From Candidatus Ruminococcus gallistercoris (GTDB lineage Bacteria > Bacillota > Clostridia > Oscillospirales > Acutalibacteraceae): 24,000 nucleotides of DNA. Under the pieces are notes generated by a model, which was given only the letters and a program-made list of their open reading frames with translations, did no database searches and was not told the origin of the DNA. Numbering within the stretch: the first letter of the stretch is position 1; each line of letters starts with the position of its first letter. Location of the stretch: NCBI GenBank assembly GCA_019119145.1, contig DWXR01000048.1, positions 8,361-32,360 of the forward strand, read 5' to 3'. The position numbers and the translations under genes are program-made. This document shows positions 1 through 7,590 of the stretch, piece by piece.

Positions 1-1277
1 GCGATCGCCGTATAGATCTTCGGCACGAAGAACGAGATGCCCAGCGCGATCGCGTAGCCCGGAATCAGGAACCACAGGATCGAGATGCCGGTCAGCACGC
101 GGATCATCGCGAGGCCGAGGGAGATCGAGACGCCGATTGAAAGGCCGATGCCCATGGCGTCCGCCGAGATGGCGCCGTCCGTGATCTCCTCGACCTGCCG
201 GTTCAGAACGTAGACGGCCGGCTCGGCCCGGACGATGAAATAGCCCATGACCATGGCGATCGGCACGAGGACGATCGGGTAGTCGAACGAGGCGATCTGC
301 TGGCCGAGGTAGTTGCCGGCGGGCATGAAGCCCACGTTTACGCCGGTCAGGAACAGCACAAGGCCCACGTAGGTGTAAACAAGGCCGATGCCGATGCGCA
401 GGAGCTGCCGGCGGTCGAGCCGCAGCACGATGACCTGCGCGGCGAGGAAAAAGAGGATGATCGGCAGAAGGGAAACGGCGATCTCCTGAATGTACCGCGG
501 AAGGCCCTCGCCGAAGAGCTTCCAGAGCTCGACGGAATCGCCGATTTCCGGGATCGTCGGGGGCACGTAGGGGCTCCGGTCGGGGTTGTAGATCATGCCG
601 AGGATCATCACGGCGAGGATCGGCCCGACGGAGGAAAGCGCGACAAGGCCGAAGCTGTCGTCCGCCGCGTGGCGGTCGCTGCGGATCGCCGCGATGCCGA
701 CGCCGAACGCCATGATGAACGGCACGGTCATCGGGCCGGTGGTCACGCCGCCGGAGTCAAAGGCCACGGCGAGGAACTCGCGCGGCACGAAAAACGAGAG
801 GATGAACACGACGATGTAGCACCCGACGAGCAGCGGCGGCAGCGGAATGGAGAACAGCATGCGCAGAACCGCAACGACGAGAAAGACGCCGACGCCGCAG
901 GCCACGGAGAGAATCAGAATCATGTTCGGCACGGAGGGGACGAGCTCGGCCAGCACCTGCAGGTCCGGCTCGGAGATCGTGATGATCAGGCCGAGCAGGA
1001 ACGAGAGCACGACGACGACGCCGAGTTTTTTGGTCCTTGTCATCGCGACGCCGACGCGCTCGCCCATCGGCGTCATGGAGATCTCCGCGCCTGCGGAGAA
1101 CAGCATCATGCCGACGATGATCAGCACCGCGCCCATCAGGAAGCAGAGCAGAATGCTCGGCGAGATCGGCGCGATGGAGAACGAGAGCAGCAGCACGATG
1201 CAGACGATCGGCAGGACCGCCCGGACGGCCTCCATCCATTTTTCAGACAAATTCTTGCGTAAATTCAACCTGTACAT
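1..1277 (-). CDS. DUF1538-family polytopic membrane protein (3' end of the gene lies beyond the left edge of the window)
   Basis: Absent from the ORF track because it is open at the window edge. My reverse-complement translation from the ATG at 1277 reads MYRLNLRKNLSEKWMEAVRAVLPIVCIVLLLSF...AFDSGGVTTGPMTVPFIMAFGVGIAAIRSD...LTGVNVGFMPAGNYLGQQIA... It has many hydrophobic helices, and the SGGVTTGP(M)TVPF block is typical of DUF1538 as I recall it. AAAGG lies 5 nt upstream of the ATG. The + strand ORFs here translate to R/D/H low-complexity sequence. Confidence 0.8.
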   Translation of the reverse strand, partial: MYRLNLRKNLSEKWMEAVRAVLPIVCIVLLLSFSIAPISPSILLCFLMGAVLIIVGMMLFSAGAEISMTPMGERVGVAMTRTKKLGVVVVLSFLLGLIITISEPDLQVLAELVPSVPNMILILSVACGVGVFLVVAVLRMLFSIPLPPLLVGCYIVVFILSFFVPREFLAVAFDSGGVTTGPMTVPFIMAFGVGIAAIRSDRHAADDSFGLVALSSVGPILAVMILGMIYNPDRSPYVPPTIPEIGDSVELWKLFGEGLPRYIQEIAVSLLPIILFFLAAQVIVLRLDRRQLLRIGIGLVYTYVGLVLFLTGVNVGFMPAGNYLGQQIASFDYPIVLVPIAMVMGYFIVRAEPAVYVLNRQVEEITDGAISADAMGIGLSIGVSISLGLAMIRVLTGISILWFLIPGYAIALGISFFVPKIYTAI

Positions 1278-1326
1278 CACGACCTTTCTGTGCGTTTTTT
1301 GACGTTCGATAAACTTCTCCTTCATA

Positions 1327-1355
1327 AGTATAGCAGATTTGCCGGTGGATTTCCA
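1327..1355 (-). promoter_or_regulatory. candidate sigma-A promoter for the DUF1538 gene (TGGAAA-17 nt-TATACT on the minus strand)
   Basis: Read directly from the sequence: forward tttcca at 1350-1355 and agtata at 1327-1332, with a 17-nt spacer, about 45 nt upstream of the ATG at 1277. Confidence 0.4.
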
Positions 1356-1370
1356 GAAATACACGAAAAA

Positions 1371-1399
1371 TTTGCATTTTGAATTCAAATTTATGCAAA
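1371..1399. promoter_or_regulatory. AT-rich inverted repeat TTTGCAT-N15-ATGCAAA enclosing the palindrome TTTGAATTCAAA; candidate operator in a divergent promoter region
   Basis: TTTGCAT at 1371-1377, TTTGAATTCAAA at 1378-1389 (perfect 12-bp palindrome), ATGCAAA at 1393-1399. It lies between the two divergent candidate promoters. Confidence 0.3.
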
Positions 1400-1436
1400 T
1401 TGATGCCGGACGGGAAGAAACGGGGCAAAATGCCCG

Positions 1437-1465
1437 TGGACACGGACGGGCGTTTCTGTTATACT
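1437..1465 (+). promoter_or_regulatory. candidate sigma-A promoter TGGACA-17 nt-TATACT for the MBL-fold hydrolase gene
   Basis: TGGACA at 1437-1442, 17-nt spacer, TATACT at 1460-1465, about 50 nt upstream of the ATG at 1518. Confidence 0.5.
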
Positions 1466-1517
1466 GACAATATGATCAAAATGCGCTGCGGCAGGCCCGC
1501 AGGAGGGAGGAAGGACC

Positions 1518-2309
1518 ATGAAGCAAAAGCAGGCGCGCGCACCGGAAACGGTGGCCTTCGGCGCGGAGGCGTTCCGCACGGAAGCCGGGACGACGGTGCG
1601 CTGGCTCGGCAATGCCGGCGCGCTGATCAACAGCCGCGGCACGACGGTGATGATCGACCCGGTGCTGGGGGGCTTCGACATGCCGCTGCTCGTGCCGTCT
1701 CCGATCCGGCCGGAGGCTGTGCCGGCGCTCGACGCCGTGCTCATCACGCATGCGGACGGCGACCATTTCAGCCGCGAAACCTGCGCGGCACTCGGCGCGC
1801 GCTGCGCCGCCTACCACGGCACGCAGTATGTCGGCGGCCTGCTTTCCGAAATGGGGCTGCCGGGGACGGGCCACGAAATCGGGGCGCGCTTTGCGGTCGG
1901 GCACATCGCCGTCACGCTGACGCCCGCCGACCATTCGTGGCAGGCGGATTATCCCGAGCAGGGCGGCTACGTCTTCCGGCGCGAGGACTGCTGCGGCTTC
2001 CTGCTCGACACGCCGGACGGCAGCATCTGGGCGGTTGGCGATTCGCGGCTACTGCCCGAGCACCTCACGATGGTGCCGCCGAAGCTGATCCTCTTCGATT
2101 TTTCGGACGACGGCTGGCACATCGGCCTGAATAACGCCGTGCGCCTTGCGAACGCCTATCCGCAGGCGAAGCTGCTGCTCTGGCACTGGGGCTGCGTGGA
2201 CGCGCCGGATAGGAAGCCGTTCAACGCCGACCCGGCGGACCTGATCGCGCGCATCGAGAACCCCGCCCGCGCGCTCGTCCTCGCCCCGGGCGAAGCGTAT
2301 GCGCTGTGA
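1518..2309 (+). CDS. MBL-fold metallo-hydrolase (UlaG/COG2220-like)
   Basis: 263-aa ORF preceded by a strong RBS (GGAGGGAGGAAGG). Contains the metallo-beta-lactamase-type motif LITHADGDHF and later H/D ligand candidates (TPADHSW, AVGDS, LWHWG). Followed by a terminator. Confidence 0.8.
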   Translation: MKQKQARAPETVAFGAEAFRTEAGTTVRWLGNAGALINSRGTTVMIDPVLGGFDMPLLVPSPIRPEAVPALDAVLITHADGDHFSRETCAALGARCAAYHGTQYVGGLLSEMGLPGTGHEIGARFAVGHIAVTLTPADHSWQADYPEQGGYVFRREDCCGFLLDTPDGSIWAVGDSRLLPEHLTMVPPKLILFDFSDDGWHIGLNNAVRLANAYPQAKLLLWHWGCVDAPDRKPFNADPADLIARIENPARALVLAPGEAYAL

Positions 2310-2354
2310 GGCGCACGCGCGGGCGCGCAGATTACCCTATGAAATTTACGATGT

Positions 2355-2388
2355 GGACTTCTGATTTTCAGAAGTCCATTTCTTTTTT
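2355..2388 (+). terminator. intrinsic terminator of the MBL-fold hydrolase gene
   Basis: Perfect 10-bp stem GGACTTCTGA / TCAGAAGTCC with a 3-nt loop, followed by ATTTCTTTTTT. Confidence 0.8.
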
Positions 2389-2415
2389 GCCGCATCGCTC
2401 TCGGACAGCGGAACG

Positions 2416-2447
2416 GAAAAAAGAAAGGCTTCCCAGAGCGGGAAGCC
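2416..2447 (-). terminator. intrinsic terminator of pflBA (minus strand)
   Basis: Minus strand reads GGCTTCCC-gctct-GGGAAGCC followed by TTTCTTTTTT, 20 nt after the pflA stop. It is convergent with the + strand terminator at 2355. Confidence 0.75.
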
Positions 2448-2466
2448 AGAGAAAACGTCGCTGTAT

Positions 2467-3165
2467 TTAGAGTGCGGAAAGCAGCATATCAATATGCTTC
2501 TGTGTATAGGCGGGCCTGCCGGCCATCGGGAACGGGATGCCGAGCGCTTCGTACTTCTCCGCGCAGATGTTCTTGAACGGCAGCCACTCGATTTTCTCGA
2601 TGTTCGAAAACGCGGCGCAGAGGTCGCGCACGGCGCGCAGGCTGGCGGGTGTATCGGTCAGGCCCGGCGCGACGACGTGCCGCACCCAGACCGGGATTCG
2701 CAGGCGCTCCGTGCGGCGCAGGAAGTCGAGCGTGTGGTCGAGCGAGCCGCCGCAGTTTTCGCGGTAGGCGGATTCCGTCGGGAATTTCACGTCGCAGAGG
2801 ACGAGGTCGGTGTGCTTCAGGACGGCTTCGGCCTTTTCGAGGTCGCCCGCGCCGGCGGTGTCGAGCGCCGTGTGCACGCCGTTTTCGTGCAGCAGGCGGA
2901 ACAGTTCCGCCGTGAATTCCGGCTGCATCAGCGGCTCGCCGCCGGAGACGGTCACACCGCCGGTCTCGCCGAAGTAGGGGCGGTAGCGCAGAACCGTGCG
3001 GCAGAGCTCCTCCGCGGTGCGCAGCGTGCCGCCCGCCTTGTCCCATGTTTCGGGGTTGTGGCAGTATTTGCAGCGCAGCGGGCAGCCCTGCAGAAAGATG
3101 ACGTACCGCAGGCCCGGGCCGTCGACCGCGCCGAGCGACTGCACCGAGCTGACACGCCCCTCCAT
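2467..3165 (-). CDS. pflA: pyruvate formate-lyase activating enzyme (radical-SAM glycyl-radical activase)
   Basis: The track ORF 2467..3738 carries an arginine-rich N-terminal extension that is implausible. The real start is the ATG at 3165 ([41 protein letters not shown]), which contains the CX3CX2C radical-SAM cluster motif. This start shares one nucleotide with the pflB stop (TGATG), suggesting translational coupling. Confidence 0.9.
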   Translation of the reverse strand: MEGRVSSVQSLGAVDGPGLRYVIFLQGCPLRCKYCHNPETWDKAGGTLRTAEELCRTVLRYRPYFGETGGVTVSGGEPLMQPEFTAELFRLLHENGVHTALDTAGAGDLEKAEAVLKHTDLVLCDVKFPTESAYRENCGGSLDHTLDFLRRTERLRIPVWVRHVVAPGLTDTPASLRAVRDLCAAFSNIEKIEWLPFKNICAEKYEALGIPFPMAGRPAYTQKHIDMLLSAL

Positions 3166-5393
3166 CAGATCGCCTCGTGGAACGTGCGGGAGATGACCTC
3201 GCGCTGCTGCTCTCTCGAAAGGCGGTGGAAGTTGACCGCGTAGCCCGAAACGCGGATCGTCAGGTTCGGGTACTTTTCCGGGTGGTCGTAGGCGTCGATC
3301 AGCGTCTCGCGGTTCAGCACGTTGACGTTCAGATGGTGCGCGCCCTGGATGAAGTAGCCGGTCAGAAGCTGCACGAGGTTCGTGATGCGCTCCTCCTCGG
3401 TCTTGCCGAGCGCTTCGGGGATGATCGAGAACGTGTTCGAGATGCCGTCGCGGCAGTAGTCGTAGGAGAGCTTCGCGACGGAGTTCAGCTCGGCGAGCGC
3501 GCCGGACTTGTCGCGGCCGCTCATCGGGTTGGCGCCCGGCGCGAGCGGTTCGCCCTGCTTTCTGCCGTCCGGCGTGTTGCCGGTCTTCTTGCCGTACATG
3601 ACGTTCGAGGTGATCGTGAGGATCGAGAGCGTGTGCTCGGCGTTGCGGTAGAGCTGGTGCTCCTTGAGCGCGTTGTAGAAGCGGCGCACCTGCTCGCAGG
3701 CGATCGAATCGACGCGCTCGTCGTCGTTGCCGAAGCACGGGAATTCGCCGGTCGCCTCGAAATCGGTGACAAGGCCGGTCTCCGGGTCGCGGATGCAGCG
3801 CACCTTCGCGTACTTGATCGCCGAGAGGGAGTCCGCCATGCAGCTCATGCCGGCAATGCCGAACGCCATCAGGCGGCGCACGTTCGTGTCGTGCAGCGCC
3901 ATCTGGCTCTTTTCATAGGCGTATTTGTCGTGCATGTAGTGGATCGTGTTCATCGCGTCCACGTAGGTCTTGGCGAGCCAGTCGCGGTAGAAGTCGAGGC
4001 GCTCGACCAGGCGGTCGAAGTCGACGTACTCATCGGGCCAGATCGGCATTTCGGGTGCGACGCGCGTCTTCTTGACCTCGTCCATGCCGCCGTTGATCGC
4101 GAGCAGCACGAGCTTTGCGAGGTTTGCCCGGGCGCCGAAGAACTGCATGTCGCGGCCGACGCGCATCGCCGAGACGCAGCAGGCGATCGCGTAGTCGTCG
4201 CCGAACGCCGGGCGCATGATCGTGTCGCTCTCATACTGGATCGCGTCCGTGTCGCAGGAGACCTTCGCGACGTAGCGCTTCCAGTTTTCCGGCAGGTGCT
4301 TCGCCCAGAGCACCGTGAGGTTCGGCTCCGGGGAGGGGTGCAGGTTGTAGAGCGTGTGCAGCATGCGGTAGCAGTTTTTCGTCACGAGCGTGCGGCCGTC
4401 CTCGCCGGTGCCGCCGAGCGACTCGGTGATCCACATCGGGTCGCCGCCGAAGAGCTCGTTGTACTCCGGCGTGCGCAGGTGGCGCGCCATGCGCAGCTTC
4501 AGGACGAAATCGTCGATGATTTCCTGCGCGCCGCTCTCGTCGAGCGTACCCTCTTTCAGGTCGCGCTCAAAGTAGATGTCGAGGAAGGTGGAGACGCGGC
4601 CGAGGCTCATCGCCGCGCCGTTCTGCTCCTTGATCGCCGCGAGGTAGGCGAAGTAGACCCACTGCACGGCCTCGCGCGCGTTTTCCGCCGGGCGGGAGAT
4701 GTCGTAGCCGTACATTTCCGCCATCTTCTTCATGTCGTTCAGCGCCGTGATCTGGTCCGCGACCTCCTCCATGAGGCGGATCGTGTCGGCGTCGATCGCC
4801 TTTTTGCCGAGCTGCGCCTTGTCCGCCTTCTTCTGCAGGATCAGGCGGTCCACGCCGTACAGCGCGACGCGGCGGTAGTCGCCGATGATGCGTCCGCGGC
4901 CGTAGGCGTCCGGCAGGCCCGTGATGATGCCCGCGTGGCGCGCGGCGCGCACGTCGTCGGTATAGGCGGAGAAAACGCCGTCGTTGTGCGTCTTGTGGTA
5001 CTTGAATTCGTTTTCGATCGTGTCGGAAACCTTATAGCCGTAGGCCTCGCAGGCGGAGCGCACCATGCGCATGCCGCCGAACGGGTTGCAGGCGCGCTTC
5101 AGCGGCTCGTCCGTCTGCAGGCCGACGATGATCTCGTTCTCCTTGTCGAGATAGCCGGGTCCGAACGAGGTGATCGTGATGACCGTGTCGGTGTCGATCT
5201 TCAGCACGCCGCCGTTTTTCTGCTCCTCGCGGCAGAGCGCCTCGTACTTTTCGAGCATCGCCTTCGTGCGTTCGGTCGGCGGCTGTAAAAAGGATTCATC
5301 ACCGGTGTACGGCGTGTAGTTTTTCTGGATGAAATTGCGTACGTCGATCTTTTCCTGCCACTTTCCGGCGGCAAAGCTTCTCCAAGCGTTCAT
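3165..5393 (-). CDS. pflB: pyruvate formate-lyase (formate C-acetyltransferase), glycyl radical enzyme
   Basis: 742 aa from the ATG at 5393 ([36 protein letters not shown]), with GGAAAGGA upstream as RBS. Has the active-site ACCVS Cys-Cys pair and the C-terminal glycyl-radical motif [11 protein letters not shown]. The track's earlier start at 5585 falls inside the leader/promoter region. Confidence 0.93.
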   Translation of the reverse strand: MNAWRSFAAGKWQEKIDVRNFIQKNYTPYTGDESFLQPPTERTKAMLEKYEALCREEQKNGGVLKIDTDTVITITSFGPGYLDKENEIIVGLQTDEPLKRACNPFGGMRMVRSACEAYGYKVSDTIENEFKYHKTHNDGVFSAYTDDVRAARHAGIITGLPDAYGRGRIIGDYRRVALYGVDRLILQKKADKAQLGKKAIDADTIRLMEEVADQITALNDMKKMAEMYGYDISRPAENAREAVQWVYFAYLAAIKEQNGAAMSLGRVSTFLDIYFERDLKEGTLDESGAQEIIDDFVLKLRMARHLRTPEYNELFGGDPMWITESLGGTGEDGRTLVTKNCYRMLHTLYNLHPSPEPNLTVLWAKHLPENWKRYVAKVSCDTDAIQYESDTIMRPAFGDDYAIACCVSAMRVGRDMQFFGARANLAKLVLLAINGGMDEVKKTRVAPEMPIWPDEYVDFDRLVERLDFYRDWLAKTYVDAMNTIHYMHDKYAYEKSQMALHDTNVRRLMAFGIAGMSCMADSLSAIKYAKVRCIRDPETGLVTDFEATGEFPCFGNDDERVDSIACEQVRRFYNALKEHQLYRNAEHTLSILTITSNVMYGKKTGNTPDGRKQGEPLAPGANPMSGRDKSGALAELNSVAKLSYDYCRDGISNTFSIIPEALGKTEEERITNLVQLLTGYFIQGAHHLNVNVLNRETLIDAYDHPEKYPNLTIRVSGYAVNFHRLSREQQREVISRTFHEAI

Positions 5394-5454
5394 TTTGTGT
5401 GATCCTTTCCGGCGCGGTGTGCGCCCTTCGGTTTTTCTGTTCCGGCAGCGCTGC

Positions 5455-5490
5455 AAATAAAAAAGGGCAGCGTTGCGAAGAACACTGCCC
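5455..5490 (-). terminator. intrinsic terminator acting as the expression platform of the ZTP riboswitch in the pflB leader
   Basis: Minus strand reads GGGCAGUGUU-cuucgc-AACGCUGCCC (10 bp including one G-U pair) followed by UUUUUUAUUU. Its 5' arm reuses the GGGCAG at the aptamer's 3' end. It lies 62 nt upstream of the pflB ATG. Confidence 0.75.
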
Positions 5491-5560
5491 AGACGGTCGG
5501 CAATACTGGCTTTTGCTCCACGATGGTCGCCCATCTTGTACCCGTCAGTCACAAAAGCAC
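5484..5560 (-). promoter_or_regulatory. ZTP riboswitch aptamer (pfl RNA motif) in the pflB 5' leader
   Basis: Minus-strand RNA: GUGCUUUUGUGACUGACGGGUACAAGAUGGGCGACCAUCGUGGAGCAAAAGCCAGUAUUGCCGACCGUCUGGGCAGU. P1 is GCUUUUG/CAAAAGC. P2 is AUGG-GCGA-CCAU. The conserved blocks UGACUGrCG, CGUGGAG and the 3' CCGyCUGGGCA match the ZTP consensus as I recall it (UGACUGGCG ... GGGGAG ... CCGCCUGGGC). The G-to-A and C-to-U differences fall on positions that pair in the pseudoknot, so they are compensatory. Confidence 0.8.
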
Positions 5561-5576
5561 ATTGGATTGTGGTTTT

Positions 5577-5605
5577 ATTGTACATGCAAACCGCGCGGTT
5601 GTCAA
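5577..5605 (-). promoter_or_regulatory. near-consensus sigma-A promoter of the pflBA leader (TTGACA-17 nt-TACAAT)
   Basis: Forward tgtcaa at 5600-5605 and attgta at 5577-5582, with an exact 17-nt spacer. The riboswitch P1 begins about 20 nt downstream. Confidence 0.7.
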
Positions 5606-5685
5606 CAGCAAAATTGCATGAACAAACGAAAAATCGGTCGGGTTTCCTGCTGCACTATGCCTTTTTGTCAAGCGGGGGCGGCAGG

Positions 5686-5706
5686 GGGGCGCGGCGCACG
5701 CGCCCC
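5686..5706 (-). other. GC-rich stem-loop downstream of the sulfite-reductase-like gene (possible terminator or stabiliser lacking a U tract)
   Basis: GGGGCGCG-5 nt-CGCGCCCC, an 8-bp perfect stem 29 nt after the stop at 5735. No U run follows on the minus strand. Confidence 0.3.
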
Positions 5707-5734
5707 GTACACCTACCGCAGTGCAGAACGGCGC

Positions 5735-6658
5735 TCAGCGCGTCTTGACGGGCTGGGCGAGGATCTCCGCCTTGCGCGCGAGCAGGTCGTCGGAGAACAG
5801 CGCGGCTTCGAAGCGGTCGAAGCCGATGCGGTCGATCGCCTTGCCGAGGCGCTCCTTCTCGTAGGCGTTTTCCTTGAACCAGAGCATCGTCTTTTCGAGC
5901 AGCGGCTCGATCTCCTCGCGGCCGACGAGGCGGCTCAGCGGCGAACCCATGCGGGTCTGCTTGCCCCACGTGCCGCCGACGTAGATGCGGTAGCGCGTTT
6001 CGCTCTCGTGCCGGACGGCCTTGAACGGGCATTTGCCGACGCAGACGCCGCACTGCAGGCAGTTTTCCCCGATGGAGAGCTTGCCGTCCACGACGTGCGC
6101 GGCCTTCGAGGGACAGCGCGTCTCGACGATACACACCTTGCAGCCGCGGCAGTCGTCGGCGTTGAAGACGGGCGCGCGGCGGCCCTCAATGCCGAAATCG
6201 TTCAGCGAGGGCTTCATGCAGCTGTTCGGGCAGCCGCCGATGCCGATCTTGAACTTGTGGGGCAGCTTCACGTTCGCCCAGCCCACGTAGTACTTCTCGT
6301 GCAGCGTCTGGGCGAGCGCCTGCGTATCGTAGTTGCCGTAGATGCAGGTCGTGCCCTTGCAGGCGGTGATGGGGCGGATCTTTGCGCCGGTCCCGCCGAA
6401 ATACAGGCCGCGCGCCGCCGCGTAGTCGCAGGCCGCGTCGATGCGGTCGAACGGGATGCCGACGATCTCGGCGGTCAGCCGGGAGGTGAAAACGACCTTG
6501 CCGCTGCCGAACTTTTCGGCGAGGTCGGAGAGCGTGCGCAGATCCTCCGCGGTGAAGACGGAGCCCTTCGGAACGACGCGTCCCGAGAAGTTTTCGGTGC
6601 CGCGGTTGATCAGGAAGCCGCGCGCCTTGACTTCGGCAATCTGTGCGGGTTTCAGCAT
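5735..6658 (-). CDS. nitrite/sulfite reductase-family siroheme-[4Fe-4S] protein with an inserted 2x[4Fe-4S] ferredoxin domain (AsrC-like / small Dsr-like)
   Basis: 307-aa ORF with a strong RBS (GAGGAGGA). Cys motifs ACKGTTC ... GGCPNSC resemble the siroheme-coupled cluster signature. Also has CRGCKVCIVETRCP and CLQCGVCVGKCP (ferredoxin-type CxxCxxCxxxCP). Confidence 0.7.
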   Translation of the reverse strand: MLKPAQIAEVKARGFLINRGTENFSGRVVPKGSVFTAEDLRTLSDLAEKFGSGKVVFTSRLTAEIVGIPFDRIDAACDYAAARGLYFGGTGAKIRPITACKGTTCIYGNYDTQALAQTLHEKYYVGWANVKLPHKFKIGIGGCPNSCMKPSLNDFGIEGRRAPVFNADDCRGCKVCIVETRCPSKAAHVVDGKLSIGENCLQCGVCVGKCPFKAVRHESETRYRIYVGGTWGKQTRMGSPLSRLVGREEIEPLLEKTMLWFKENAYEKERLGKAIDRIGFDRFEAALFSDDLLARKAEILAQPVKTR

Positions 6659-6696
6659 AAGAATTCCTCCTCAACTCGAAAACGAGTGTTTTTATC

Positions 6697-6725
6697 ATTC
6701 TACAGGATCTGGCGGAGAAAAGCAA
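6697..6725 (-). promoter_or_regulatory. weak candidate promoter (TTGCTT-17 nt-TAGAAT) for the sulfite-reductase-like gene
   Basis: Forward attcta at 6697-6702 and aagcaa at 6720-6725. A small hairpin ACTCG-aaaa-CGAGT (6674-6687) sits between it and the RBS. Confidence 0.35.
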
Positions 6726-6774
6726 TTCGTTGACAAAGATTTCACGAAAGAAATGAAAAATCGCGGAAAGGATA

Positions 6775-6803
6775 TTGGATTTTTCACGCAAATATGCTAA
6801 AAT
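6775..6803 (+). promoter_or_regulatory. candidate promoter TTGGAT-17 nt-(TGc)TAAAAT for the SH3b lipoprotein gene
   Basis: TTGGAT at 6775-6780; TAAAAT at 6798-6803 preceded by TGc (extended -10). About 45 nt upstream of the ATG at 6850. Confidence 0.5.
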
Positions 6804-6849
6804 ATAAAACAAGAATCCGCAGAAGTCGGAAAGGAATGGTGAAGGTGTC

Positions 6850-7464
6850 ATGAAAAAGGTAAATACCGGGAAACCGGTTGGCTTATATATAAGGAAGAAA
6901 ATGGGGAAAGCGCTGGCGCTGGTGGCGCTTGTGGCGGTCTTTACGGTTTCGGCGGCGGCCTGCGGGAGCGGCGGGCAGGAGGCCGAGCCGAGCCCGACCG
7001 CGTCGCCGACGCCGGCGCCGACGCCGGCCGTCGAGATGGTCAAGGTGGCGACGGTCACCGACATCGAGGGCTCGCTCAATATCCGCAGCGCGGCGAGCAC
7101 GGATTCCGAGATCCTCAGCGAGGCGTACGCCGGCGACCGCTTTGAGGTGCTGACCGAAAATTACAGCGAGGGCTGGCACGAGATCTCCTACAACGGCGGC
7201 AAGGCGTACGTTTCGGCCGAGTTCGTGACGGTTTCCGAGATGGACGCTTCGGTGCTCAGCGCAACGCCGGCGCCTTCGGCGGACCCGGACGGCGAAACGG
7301 GCAGTGAAGTGCAGGCTACGCCGGTGCCGGAAGCGACGCCGAACGCCGAAACGCCGATCGTCGTCAACGGCAGCGGCCGTTCGGACCTCAGCTCTTCGAC
7401 GACGGAGGACGACGGGATGACGGCGGAGTCCATCCGCGACACGGAGGACCCCGAGCGCCGCTGA
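6850..7464 (+). CDS. SH3b (bacterial SH3) domain lipoprotein with Pro/Thr/Ala-rich linkers
   Basis: Signal peptide with a lipobox-like FTVSAAAC. The SH3b-like core is ATVTDIEGSLNIRSAASTDSEILSEAYAGDRFEVLTENYSEGWHEISYNGGKAYVSAEFV, flanked by low-complexity PT-rich segments. An alternative start at 6901 (MGKALAL) is possible. Confidence 0.7.
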   Translation: MKKVNTGKPVGLYIRKKMGKALALVALVAVFTVSAAACGSGGQEAEPSPTASPTPAPTPAVEMVKVATVTDIEGSLNIRSAASTDSEILSEAYAGDRFEVLTENYSEGWHEISYNGGKAYVSAEFVTVSEMDASVLSATPAPSADPDGETGSEVQATPVPEATPNAETPIVVNGSGRSDLSSSTTEDDGMTAESIRDTEDPERR

Positions 7465-7552
7465 CGGCAAAGCGGCGTCTGCGCGGATTGCGCGGAGGCT
7501 CGAAGCGCATACCGGCGCATGTATGGAAGATGTACGCAATAAAGGAATTGCA

Positions 7553-7590
7553 GGCCGCAGCGGAGGTGTCTCCGGGCGGCCGCTTTTTCT
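7553..7590 (+). terminator. intrinsic terminator after the SH3b lipoprotein gene
   Basis: GGCCGCAGCGGAG-gtgt-CTCCGGGCGGCC interrupted stem followed by GCTTTTTCT. Confidence 0.7.

Noticed and set aside
669-1302. + strand ORFs 669..1262 and 847..1302 (and the minus ORF 757..1239)
   Set aside because: They are alternate frames of the real minus-strand DUF1538 membrane gene. Their translations are charged low-complexity strings (DDHR... or TTTP...).
3166-3738. N-terminal 191-aa extension of the pflA ORF (track 2467..3738)
   Set aside because: The extension lies wholly inside pflB in another frame and is Arg-rich nonsense. The ATG at 3165 gives the canonical activase N-terminus and is coupled to the pflB stop.
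3177-5288. 703-aa + strand ORF covering most of pflB
   Set aside because: It is antisense to an unmistakable PFL gene. The translation is R/A/V/D/G low-complexity sequence with no motifs. This is a typical stop-codon-poor antisense frame in GC3-rich coding DNA.
5394-5585. N-terminal 64-aa extension of the pflB ORF (track start at 5585)
   Set aside because: The extension would begin inside the -10 region and translate through the ZTP aptamer and its terminator. The ATG at 5393 has a GGAAAGGA RBS and gives the canonical PFL N-terminus.
5606-5640. Rex or FNR/CRP-type operator upstream of the pflB -35 (TTGTTCATGCAATTTTGCTGTTGACAA)
   Set aside because: The half-sites TTGTTCA and TTGACAA resemble Rex half-sites, but they are 13 nt apart rather than the 4-6 nt of the Rex consensus. 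There is no TTGAT-N4-ATCAA either. The spacing does not fit.
5399-6733. 444-aa + strand ORF spanning the pflB leader and the sulfite-reductase-like gene
   Set aside because: It runs through the riboswitch, the promoter and a terminator-like hairpin, and is antisense to a Cys-motif-rich gene. There is no RBS and no recognisable domain.
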